From a virus (taxonomy: Duplodnaviria; Caudoviricetes): a stretch of 24,943 nucleotides of DNA. Numbering within the stretch: position 1 is the first letter of the stretch; every line of letters starts with the position of its first letter. The notes under the pieces were generated by a model that did not search any database, was not told the origin of the DNA, and was given only the letters and a program-made list of their open reading frames with translations. A program made the translations under genes and the position numbers. The stretch lies in the IMG/VR virus record IMGVR_UViG_3300025357_000053, positions 1 through 24,943 of that record, one strand, 5' to 3'. Positions 17,638-24,943 of this stretch are shown piece after piece.

Positions 17638-18104
17638 TGTTTGTTCACGGAAACCAAAGGCTCATTCTTGACCTGCCATTCACGATCAATGGCGAGAATT
17701 ACCCATCAAACTTCCTGCGCACCGCTACGCCAGAGCAATTGGCTGCTGCTGGCATCGTGGAGGTTATTGAACAGCCCCGCCCTGACGACCGGTTCTATTG
17801 GATCACAGAGAACCTTGATGGAACATTCACCACGGTTGATAAAGATTTGGCTCCAACCAAGGCTTATTTCCTTAGCCAAATTGACCAGACTGCATACGCT
17901 ATGTTGGCTCCGACAGATTACATGGATTTCCGCCATTTGGCAGACACTGGATATACCGCTCCTGCTGATTGGGTTGCATACCGTGCGGCAGTCCGTGCCT
18001 ACATTGTAACAGTTAAAGCTGAAATTAATGCCGCAACTGATATACCATCTTTAATAACGGCTGTTTCTGCTATAGAATGGCCAGTGTCGCCAAATGCGGC
18101 GTAA
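17637..18104 (+). CDS. probable tail fibre assembly chaperone
   Basis: True start is probably the ATG at 17637 (TAATG coupling) rather than 17544. YPSNFL..TPEQLAAAGI, DDRFYW, LAPTDY, W.AYRAAVR and a C-terminal WP follow the Tfa-like pattern; lies directly after the fibre genes. Confidence 0.7.
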   Translation: MFVHGNQRLILDLPFTINGENYPSNFLRTATPEQLAAAGIVEVIEQPRPDDRFYWITENLDGTFTTVDKDLAPTKAYFLSQIDQTAYAMLAPTDYMDFRHLADTGYTAPADWVAYRAAVRAYIVTVKAEINAATDIPSLITAVSAIEWPVSPNAA

Positions 18105-18130
18105 TTCGCTTAATGCAACCGGAGAGAAAA

Positions 18131-18346
18131 ATGTCGATCTTGATTAACCTTGAGCATACTGTTGAAGAAGTAAATTCAATTCTTGCTGCTCTTGCCGAAC
18201 GCCCATTTAAAGAAGTCGCCGATTTGATCGCTAAAATTCAGGCAAAAGGCCGAGAAGCTCTCGCCTCTGCTCAGGTTAGCGAACCTACTGTAGCTGCTCC
18301 CGTTGAATCTGATGCACCCGCTTCAGACCAACAGCCAACTTCGTAA
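18131..18346 (+). CDS. small helical protein, fibre-module associated
   Basis: ATG at 18131 after GGAGA. TVEEVNSILAALAERPFKEVADLIAKI is a motif commonly seen after fibre genes. Confidence 0.7.
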   Translation: MSILINLEHTVEEVNSILAALAERPFKEVADLIAKIQAKGREALASAQVSEPTVAAPVESDAPASDQQPTS

Positions 18347-18373
18347 TCATTGACCAACAGCGGGGCTGACAAG

Positions 18374-18562
18374 ATGACAAACGGTGAAGAGACGAAACTT
18401 GTCATTGATGTCGGCCTCGCTACTGGCGTTATCACGATGCCTTTATGGGTAGTAGAAGCTAGTTTTTGGATACAATTACTTGCTGGGTTACTAGGTTTAA
18501 TTTTAATGATTATGCGGCTTATTTCCGCTTTTAGGGACTGGAACACCAAGAGGCCAAAATAG
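18374..18562 (+). CDS. holin/antiholin candidate 1 (small membrane protein)
   Basis: Hydrophobic segments (VIDVGLATGVITMPLWVV; FWIQLLAGLLGLILMIMRLI) and a basic C-terminus; first gene of the lysis cluster. Alternative TTG start at 18350. Confidence 0.55.
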   Translation: MTNGEETKLVIDVGLATGVITMPLWVVEASFWIQLLAGLLGLILMIMRLISAFRDWNTKRPK

Positions 18563-18805
18563 ATGTTTAAAGCATTTAAGCACCTTTTTACTGGCGTAGA
18601 TAATGAGACGTGGGATATTGGCCGTATTCTTTGGGCAAAAATGTCCATCGTTTATTGCGCCGTTAGTGCATATCATGCCATCGCGCATGGGGTATTTGAC
18701 TCTCAAAACTGGGCTATTGGCGCATCGGCTATCTTGGCAGGTGGGGGCGGCGGTCTTGCCCTAAAATCTAAAACGGAGCCGGGCAATGCTAATGTTTCTG
18801 CTTAA
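18563..18805 (+). CDS. holin candidate 2 (small membrane protein)
   Basis: 80 aa, two moderately hydrophobic segments after TGVDNETWDIGRILW; adjacent to the spanins and endolysin. Confidence 0.5.
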   Translation: MFKAFKHLFTGVDNETWDIGRILWAKMSIVYCAVSAYHAIAHGVFDSQNWAIGASAILAGGGGGLALKSKTEPGNANVSA

Positions 18806-19043
18806 TCCTTGGATACGTAATGCCATCATTGGGTTAGGCGTCGCTTTTGCATGCGTTCTTGGTTATGCCTATTGGGCTGGTCGGGAAAAAGCAATTGGCG
18901 CAGCCACCGAGAAGGCTAGAGAAGAGGCCATTGCCATTCAGCATGAACAGAAGGTTGATGCAGCCGCCGCCGCTGTAGATCAAATCGTATCTCAAGACCA
19001 ATCTCCCCAAGATACGCTTAACAAGCAATGGAGCCAACCATGA
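18786..19043 (+). CDS. inner-membrane spanin (Rz-like)
   Basis: N-terminal TM segment (AIIGLGVAFACVLGYAYW) followed by an Ala-rich coiled coil. RBS GGAG. ATGA-coupled to a lipoprotein gene. Confidence 0.72.
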   Translation: MLMFLLNPWIRNAIIGLGVAFACVLGYAYWAGREKAIGAATEKAREEAIAIQHEQKVDAAAAAVDQIVSQDQSPQDTLNKQWSQP

Positions 19044-19234
19044 AACGTTTGTTGCTGCTTATTGCATTACCTTTAAGTGCTTGTGCTACGCCGGAAACTA
19101 AGATCGTAGATACGTCATGCAATTGGGTAAAGCCAATCTATGTTCGCAAAGCTGACAAGCTTTCAAGCCCGACGGCGACCGAAATTTTAGCGCATGACGA
19201 TAAGTGGAAGCAGTTTTGTGGTGGTAATAAATGA
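19040..19234 (+). CDS. outer-membrane spanin lipoprotein (Rz1-like)
   Basis: Start at 19040: MKRLLLLIALPLSA-C is a signal peptide II with lipobox LSAC. Two further Cys and a Pro-containing mature part. Confidence 0.8.
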   Translation: MKRLLLLIALPLSACATPETKIVDTSCNWVKPIYVRKADKLSSPTATEILAHDDKWKQFCGGNK

Positions 19235-19746
19235 GTTCTGGCAATTGGGAACAGTGTTTTTCGTTAGTCATCAAAAACGAAGGTGGGTATGTAAATAATC
19301 CCAAAGACCCCGGTGGACCGACCAACTTAGGATGCACCAAAACGACATGGGAAGAATTTGTTAGACACGAGGTGTCTATCGACGACATTAAGGCTTTGAC
19401 GCCGAACAACGTCATGCCACTTTATAAAGCAAAGTATTGGGACAAGATTAGCGGTGACTTATTACCTAGTGGCGTTGATTATGCCGTGTTTGATTTTGCT
19501 ATTAACTCTGGCGTAAATCGTGCGGCAAAGACCCTTCAATCCGTTCTTGATGTTGATCAGGACGGAGTAATTGGCCCTGCCAGTTTAGATGCTCTTGAGG
19601 CGGAGAACCCGCGTGATGTAGCTACACTCGTTTGCGAAAAAAGATTAGCTTTCTTGCAGAGTTTACCTACATGGAGTACATTCGGTTCTGGTTGGGGGCG
19701 TCGGGTTGCTGAAGTAGAGCAGACCGCCTTTAACATGGTGGAATAG
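19231..19746 (+). CDS. endolysin, glycoside hydrolase family 108 with C-terminal peptidoglycan-binding domain
   Basis: EGGYVNNPKDPGGPTNLG catalytic motif, YKAKYWD, FDFAINSG, DGVIGPAS, FGSGWGRRV. Confidence 0.92.
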   Translation: MSSGNWEQCFSLVIKNEGGYVNNPKDPGGPTNLGCTKTTWEEFVRHEVSIDDIKALTPNNVMPLYKAKYWDKISGDLLPSGVDYAVFDFAINSGVNRAAKTLQSVLDVDQDGVIGPASLDALEAENPRDVATLVCEKRLAFLQSLPTWSTFGSGWGRRVAEVEQTAFNMVE

Positions 19747-19757
19747 GATTGCCGTAG

Positions 19758-20555
19758 ATGACCGTAGCAACCACAGCATTGTCGTACAATGGATATGTCA
19801 CCCAAGTTGCGACCTTGGCTGTGCTTCAGAATACGCTCGTCACCACAGGTACTTCGCCTAATAGTCTTGTAACTTCAACTGACCCGAATTTTCAAGCTAT
19901 CATTCCACAGATGCTTAATTATGCTGAACTTAGACTTCAGCGTGATTTGGATTTTTTGGCTACTCAGAATGATAGCACCGCATACTCATTAACAGCGGGA
20001 ACCAATCAGGTTTCTATTCCGACCAGTGCTTTTGTCGTAATCCAAACAATTTCTGTTACGGATAATTCGGGCAACACAACGCCATTGACCCCGACCACGC
20101 GCGAATTTTTAAGAAACGTTTACGGTTCGGCTGCATCGGCGGGGTTACCTCAGTACTTTGCTATGTACGGCGGCGATGTGGCAACAGGTGGTCAGACAAG
20201 CCAGAACATCATTGTTGGCCCTTACCCTGATTCTAACTACAACTTAAGGATTAGTGGGACCACACGTCAGCCTACGCTGAACAATTATGCTGTTGTTGGG
20301 CAAGCGGACACCACTTACACCTTTATCAGCCAAAACCTTCCTGATTTGCTGGTAATGGCAAGCATGATTTACATCAGTGCTTATCAGCGCAATTTTGGCC
20401 GTATTAATGATGATCCGGCCATGGCTCAGACGTATGAGAGCCAATATCAGGCTCTTCTCAAGGGCGCTACTGTGGAAGAATCGCGCAAGAAATTTCAATC
20501 TTCTGGTTGGACTTCGTATTCGCCTTCGCCTGTCGCTTCACCGACGCGGGGGTAA
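19758..20555 (+). CDS. tail tubular protein A-like adaptor / ring protein 2
   Basis: IPQMLNYAELRLQRDL, GLPQYFA, IIVGPYPDSNY, TFISQNLPDLLVMASM, YESQYQALL. Directly upstream of the nozzle gene, as in the T7 gp11-gp12 or P22 gp4-gp10 arrangement. Confidence 0.72.
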   Translation: MTVATTALSYNGYVTQVATLAVLQNTLVTTGTSPNSLVTSTDPNFQAIIPQMLNYAELRLQRDLDFLATQNDSTAYSLTAGTNQVSIPTSAFVVIQTISVTDNSGNTTPLTPTTREFLRNVYGSAASAGLPQYFAMYGGDVATGGQTSQNIIVGPYPDSNYNLRISGTTRQPTLNNYAVVGQADTTYTFISQNLPDLLVMASMIYISAYQRNFGRINDDPAMAQTYESQYQALLKGATVEESRKKFQSSGWTSYSPSPVASPTRG

Positions 20556-20558
20556 GAT

Positions 20559-22871
20559 ATGCCCCATAATAGCATCAAGCTCGTTCCGGGCGTCAATACA
20601 ACAAAAACGTTGGCACTGAACGAAACCGGACTTTCAGCCTCTAATCTTATTCGTTTTTTGCCGGATAGGGCATTCCAACTTGGCCAGACCGGACCAAGTG
20701 GCATGTCTCTTGTCCAGAAGATTGGTGGATGGGTCACATGGGTAGCCGCATCTATTGGCTCAATTGTTCGGAACCTTCATGCTTGGGAAGATTTAAACTC
20801 CAACCAATGGTTATCGGCTGGTGCTACTGCTGGTTTATACGCGATTGAATATGGCGTATCTAATGCTTTAACAACTGAGGCTGGTGACACGATTGTAACC
20901 GAATCATCAACCCCTACCTACCCAAGTTATGGGCTGCAAGATAATGCGGCTTCTGTGGTGAACAATATCACACCACAAACGGTTACGACTAATTCGGTTC
21001 CAAACTATACCATTCAAAGCGGTATTTTGCTTACAGAAGCAGGTACGCCTAGTTATCCAAGCTATGGTTTGATCACCGAATCCGGTACTCCAAATTATGC
21101 GGGATATAACTTCCAAGTTTCCGCCCCTAGCCAAACTGTAACCGTAGTTGATCCCGGCTCTAATACTCGTGTTGGCGATTCTGTTTATGTCGAAACACAA
21201 GTTTCTGTTGGTGGTGGAACTATTTTTGGGCTTTATCCAATTAATACCGTTATTGATTCTAATACTTATCAAATAACTGTATCTTATTATCCTACATCTG
21301 AAACAACAAATGGTGGTAATTTACCTGTTTTTTCTTCTGCTCAAAATTCAGGTACTATTAACGTGTATTATCCAAATCATGGATATGTTACGGGAGAAAC
21401 CGTTACTTATATCGTGCCAACTGTTGTTGGTGGACTTACAATTCAAGGCACATATACCGTTACCAATATATACAATGGTGGCGTTTTGGACGTTAATAAC
21501 TATACCATTACACTCCCATTTCAAGCCAGTTCTACTCAAACTGCCACAATGAATTTTGGCAATGTTGAGAACTTGTATTATTATGACCTTGGCCCAGCAG
21601 GTGTAACTTCTGGTTACGGCTTAGGCGGATATGGTCTTGGCGGATATGGCGTAGGCCAAAATACGGGTGTTTCAAGAAGTGGAACACCGATTAGTGCGAC
21701 TGACTGGGCGTTGGACAATTTCGGTCAACTATTGATTGCGGCCCCTCGTGGCGGGCCTATCTTCTATTGGCAACCGCAAGGGCCATCTCAGACGGCACTT
21801 ATCTTTGACAACGCTCCAACCGTTAACAACGGCGTCTTTGTGGCTATGCCTCAGAGGCAGTTAGTAGCATATGGTTCCACGTTTACGGGGCAAGTTGATC
21901 CGTTGTTGATACGGTGGTCTGATGTTGGCAACCCATCCATTTGGAATGCTGCATCTACTAATCAAGCAGGTTCTTACCGGATACCAGAGGGCAGCTTAAT
22001 CATTGCGGCCCTTCAGACGCCACAGCAAGCTTTGTTCTGGACGGACGAATCCGTCTGGTCAATGCAATACATTGGCTATCCTCTTGTCTATTCATTCAAC
22101 AAGATTGGCTCAGGCGTTGGCGCAATTGGACCAAAAGCGGTTGGCGTCTTGAATAACGTAGTGTTCTGGATGTCCCCATCTCAGTTCAATATGCTTTCGC
22201 CAAATGGCATTACCAACATTCCATGTACGGTTTGGGACGTGGTGTTCCAAAACCTTAATACCGCTTACGCTTACAATATCCGTTGCGCAACCAATAGCTT
22301 GTTCAACGAAGTAACTTGGTATTATCCATCCACCAGCAGCACGTCTGGCGAAAATGATTCGTATGTAAAGTACAACATTAATAGCCAGACATGGGACTAT
22401 GGTTACTCCACATCTACTATAAATGTTGGCCGCACCGCATGGATTGATCAATCTGTTCTTGGCTCACCAATTGGCGCTGGCACGGACACGTTTATTTATC
22501 AGCATGAAGTTGGCAATGACGCTGCAAGTGGTCCTAATACGTTTCCATTAACGCCAACCTTTGAGACGGGTTACTTTGCCCTGACTGAAGGCGACAACAT
22601 GGTGTTCATCGACCAAATGTGGCCAGACTTGAAGTGGAATGATTACAACCAATCCACAAGCGCCACAGTGCAGATCACGTTCTATGGCACAAACTACCCC
22701 GGCGATACGCCAACGACCTACGGGCCGTATACGGTCACGCAAGGCACTGAATATATATCCACCCGCATTCGCGCCCGTTTGCTAGCCTTCTCCGTGTCAT
22801 CGCAAGACCTCGGAACATTCTGGCGACTTGGTAATATGCGGTATCGCTATCAACCAGACGGAAAATACTAA
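20559..22871 (+). CDS. tail nozzle / tubular protein B-like (P22 gp10-like DNA stabilisation protein)
   Basis: 770 aa. PGVN, QKIGGW, WALDNFGQLLIA, DPLLIRWSD, NQAGSYRI, WTDESVWSMQYIG, VFWMS, FNEVTWYYPS, RTAWID and WRLGNMRY..QPDG are beta-propeller-type nozzle motifs. Confidence 0.78.
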   Translation: MPHNSIKLVPGVNTTKTLALNETGLSASNLIRFLPDRAFQLGQTGPSGMSLVQKIGGWVTWVAASIGSIVRNLHAWEDLNSNQWLSAGATAGLYAIEYGVSNALTTEAGDTIVTESSTPTYPSYGLQDNAASVVNNITPQTVTTNSVPNYTIQSGILLTEAGTPSYPSYGLITESGTPNYAGYNFQVSAPSQTVTVVDPGSNTRVGDSVYVETQVSVGGGTIFGLYPINTVIDSNTYQITVSYYPTSETTNGGNLPVFSSAQNSGTINVYYPNHGYVTGETVTYIVPTVVGGLTIQGTYTVTNIYNGGVLDVNNYTITLPFQASSTQTATMNFGNVENLYYYDLGPAGVTSGYGLGGYGLGGYGVGQNTGVSRSGTPISATDWALDNFGQLLIAAPRGGPIFYWQPQGPSQTALIFDNAPTVNNGVFVAMPQRQLVAYGSTFTGQVDPLLIRWSDVGNPSIWNAASTNQAGSYRIPEGSLIIAALQTPQQALFWTDESVWSMQYIGYPLVYSFNKIGSGVGAIGPKAVGVLNNVVFWMSPSQFNMLSPNGITNIPCTVWDVVFQNLNTAYAYNIRCATNSLFNEVTWYYPSTSSTSGENDSYVKYNINSQTWDYGYSTSTINVGRTAWIDQSVLGSPIGAGTDTFIYQHEVGNDAASGPNTFPLTPTFETGYFALTEGDNMVFIDQMWPDLKWNDYNQSTSATVQITFYGTNYPGDTPTTYGPYTVTQGTEYISTRIRARLLAFSVSSQDLGTFWRLGNMRYRYQPDGKY

Positions 22872-23212
22872 TGGCTTCGCAGGACGATTTTCTTACGGCA
22901 CATAAAAACAATGTATCGGCCATCAATGGCGTGACCGATACAACGTTGACGCTTGCTGGTAAGGGAAATAGCGGAGAAGTTACCACAACAACGGCAGTCA
23001 GCACGAAAGCCGGTTATCTTGTTAGTGTTTCGGTTATTGTTGCTGGCAGTGGTGTAGCTACAATTTACGACTCAACTTCAGTGTCCAGCCCGACAAATCG
23101 CATAGCTATCATTCCGAATAGCGTTGGTCTTACTACTTGGAAAATCCCTGTTGCCAATGGAATCGTTGTGGCCCCCAGTAGTGGGATGGTACTCAACGTG
23201 ATTTACAGTTAA
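22871..23212 (+). CDS. small virion protein (possible needle/plug or knob)
   Basis: TAATG-coupled to the nozzle gene. Short N-terminal helix, then a V/T/S-rich beta domain. Confidence 0.55.
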   Translation: MASQDDFLTAHKNNVSAINGVTDTTLTLAGKGNSGEVTTTTAVSTKAGYLVSVSVIVAGSGVATIYDSTSVSSPTNRIAIIPNSVGLTTWKIPVANGIVVAPSSGMVLNVIYS

Positions 23213-23220
23213 GGTGTATT

Positions 23221-23748
23221 ATGCCGCTTAAGCACGGTTCATCACAAGCCACGATTGGCAAGAACATAAGCGAGATGGTTCGCTCAGGGCATCCGCATGA
23301 CCAAGCCATCGCAGCGGCTCTAAACATCGCCCGATCAGCAAAAGCGGGTGGTGGTGCATTGGAACAAAACAAGAACATCGTTCATGTTGGACCAATTCAT
23401 AGCCACGTTGCTGGGCGGACCGACCATCTTCCTATGCACGTTCCAGCAGGTGCTTATGTTATTCCTGCCGAAGAAGTCGCTTATCTTGGCGAGGGCAACA
23501 CGCTTAATGGGTTCAAAAACATTGATGAGTGGGTACGTAAATATCATGATCCTAGATTTGCAGAACACGGCAAGCCTGTTCCTATTGTTGCTGCTGGTGG
23601 AGAGTATGTTATTCCCCCTAGTGCCGTAGCGGGAATCGGGGATGGTGACTTGAACAAGGGTCATCGTATTTTGGACCAATACGTTCTAAAATTGCGGAAG
23701 AAGCATATTAAAACGCTTCAAAAACTACCCGCACCCGTAAAGGATTAA
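23221..23748 (+). CDS. virion-associated protein: small basic helical N-domain, AKAGG linker and duplicated G(A/E)YVIP module
   Basis: MPLKHGSSQATIGKNISEM...QAIAAAL; GRTDHLPMHVPAGAYVIPAEEVAYLGEG; PIVAAGGEYVIPPSAVAGIGDG. Confidence 0.65.
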   Translation: MPLKHGSSQATIGKNISEMVRSGHPHDQAIAAALNIARSAKAGGGALEQNKNIVHVGPIHSHVAGRTDHLPMHVPAGAYVIPAEEVAYLGEGNTLNGFKNIDEWVRKYHDPRFAEHGKPVPIVAAGGEYVIPPSAVAGIGDGDLNKGHRILDQYVLKLRKKHIKTLQKLPAPVKD

Positions 23749-23750
23749 AG

Positions 23751-24320
23751 ATGGAATCTATGTTCAAAAAGCAACGTCTAAGACTTTCCAAAAGCGCACG
23801 TAAGCGCATGCCTAAGTTTGAGAAAGTTACAACGGAGCCTTTGGTTAGAACTGCCCAGCCGGATGACGAAGAGGGCATTATGGCTCTCGCTCGGATGATC
23901 CACGGTGAGATTGGCATGTTCAATCTTAACGAAAACAAAGTTAGGGACATGATTCGCCCCCTATTGTATAAGCACTTAGGCATCATTGGGGTTGTAGGTA
24001 AAAAAAATAACCTAGAAGCAATGATTCTTCTTCGTGTGGCTACAAACTGGTATTCGGATACGCCTTTTCTTGAAGAAATGTCGGTCTTTGTTAAACCCGA
24101 GTTTAGGAACGCAACTGTTTCCCGCGTTCATACTATGATTGAATTTGCCAAAAAAGCGGCAGATGGACTTGATTTGCCTCTAATGATTGGGGTTTTGTCA
24201 AATCAGAGAACAAATGCTAAAGTAGAACTATATGAAAAGCATTTTGGCGTACCTGCCGGAGCGTTTTTCATCTACGGGGCAAAAACCGGACAGCCTGACG
24301 AGGCTGAAATGATTGCATAG
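23751..24320 (+). CDS. GNAT-fold acyltransferase-like protein
   Basis: VRTAQPDDEEGIMAL (GNAT start), FLEEMSVFVKPEFRN (motif A-like) and AKVELYEKHFG (motif B-like). Located just before the ejection protein gene. Confidence 0.72.
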   Translation: MESMFKKQRLRLSKSARKRMPKFEKVTTEPLVRTAQPDDEEGIMALARMIHGEIGMFNLNENKVRDMIRPLLYKHLGIIGVVGKKNNLEAMILLRVATNWYSDTPFLEEMSVFVKPEFRNATVSRVHTMIEFAKKAADGLDLPLMIGVLSNQRTNAKVELYEKHFGVPAGAFFIYGAKTGQPDEAEMIA

Positions 24321-24334
24321 CTAGGAGACGGCCC

Positions 24335-24943
24335 GTGTGTGGTTCTAAAGGATCAACTACTACAAGTTCAACTTTTTCGCCACCTGCGGGCGTTCAGGCT
24401 AACTATGATTATTTGACTAATCAAGCCAAAAACGTAGCCTCGACGCCATTTCAACAGTACGGCGGACAAATGGTCGCCCCTATGACGCCTGAACAACAGG
24501 CTGGCATTGGTCAGATTAATGCGTCCGCCAATCTTGCTCAACCTTACATTCAAGCTGGCACTGCTTACGAACAACAAGGCGCGAATCCGTTTGGTCAGGA
24601 AGCACTTAACCAATACATGTCTCCGTACATTGGCAGTGTTGCAAATGCGACTATGGCTAACTTAAACGAGACAAACGCTCAGCAGCAACAGCAAGTGTTG
24701 GGCAGCGACATTGCTCGTGGTGCGTATGGCGGCGACCGTTCTCAAGTTGCGCAGTCTGAACTAGCTCGTCAGCAAGGGCTTGCCACGGGTCAAACGATGT
24801 CGGGCATTTATCAGGGCGGCTTTAATCAAGCTGAACAGCAGTTCAATGCTGATCAAGCGCGTCGTATGGCGGCGGGGCAAACTTTAGCTGGATTTGGTAC
24901 TGCTGCACAAAATGCCGCGATGCAGGGCGGTCAGGCTATGATG
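24335..24943 (+). CDS. DNA ejection / pilot (internal virion) protein, 3' truncated
   Basis: GTG at 24335 after AGGAG; open for 203 codons to the window end. MCGSKGSTTTSST...PFQQYGGQMVAPMTPEQQ...YMSPY...GAYGGDRS..., Q/A/G-rich and helical. Missing from the ORF track because it has no stop. Confidence 0.78.
   Translation, partial: MCGSKGSTTTSSTFSPPAGVQANYDYLTNQAKNVASTPFQQYGGQMVAPMTPEQQAGIGQINASANLAQPYIQAGTAYEQQGANPFGQEALNQYMSPYIGSVANATMANLNETNAQQQQQVLGSDIARGAYGGDRSQVAQSELARQQGLATGQTMSGIYQGGFNQAEQQFNADQARRMAAGQTLAGFGTAAQNAAMQGGQAMM

Noticed and set aside
1-24943. Stop-codon reassignment (alternative genetic code)
   Set aside because: The standard code gives near-complete coding density, and TAA, TAG and TGA all terminate genes at sensible junctions.

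Overview
This window is the virion morphogenesis region of a tailed dsDNA bacteriophage. It is probably podovirus-like, with a Gram-negative host, as judged by the spanin pair. All credible genes lie on the + strand and are tightly packed. In order they are: the end of a Gly-rich fibre gene, a small conserved ORF, a GroES-like co-chaperonin, a scaffold, a conserved head-module protein, a probable decoration protein, the major capsid protein, accessory head proteins (one very His-rich with repeated K-x-GG motifs), a first adaptor/ring protein, a free-standing GIY-YIG/NUMOD3 homing endonuclease, a Zn-finger protein, a 1768-aa tail fibre, a LamG/SPRY-type fibre partner, chaperones, a lysis cassette (two holin candidates, i-spanin, o-spanin, GH108 endolysin), a second adaptor/ring, a nozzle, two small virion proteins, a GNAT-fold protein and the start of an ejection protein beginning M-C-G. 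Three real CDSs are missing from the supplied ORF track: 3..233, 5980..6144 and 24335..end. No terminase, portal, tRNA, CRISPR or integrase is visible. The best leads are a possible GNAT/N-terminal-Cys acylation pair, a GG-motif/His-rich internal protein set, a possible fibre-docking motif system, a small beta-domain inserted into four different structural genes, and a two-hairpin leader before the capsid genes. All product calls come from motif recognition and synteny by eye; no database searches were run.
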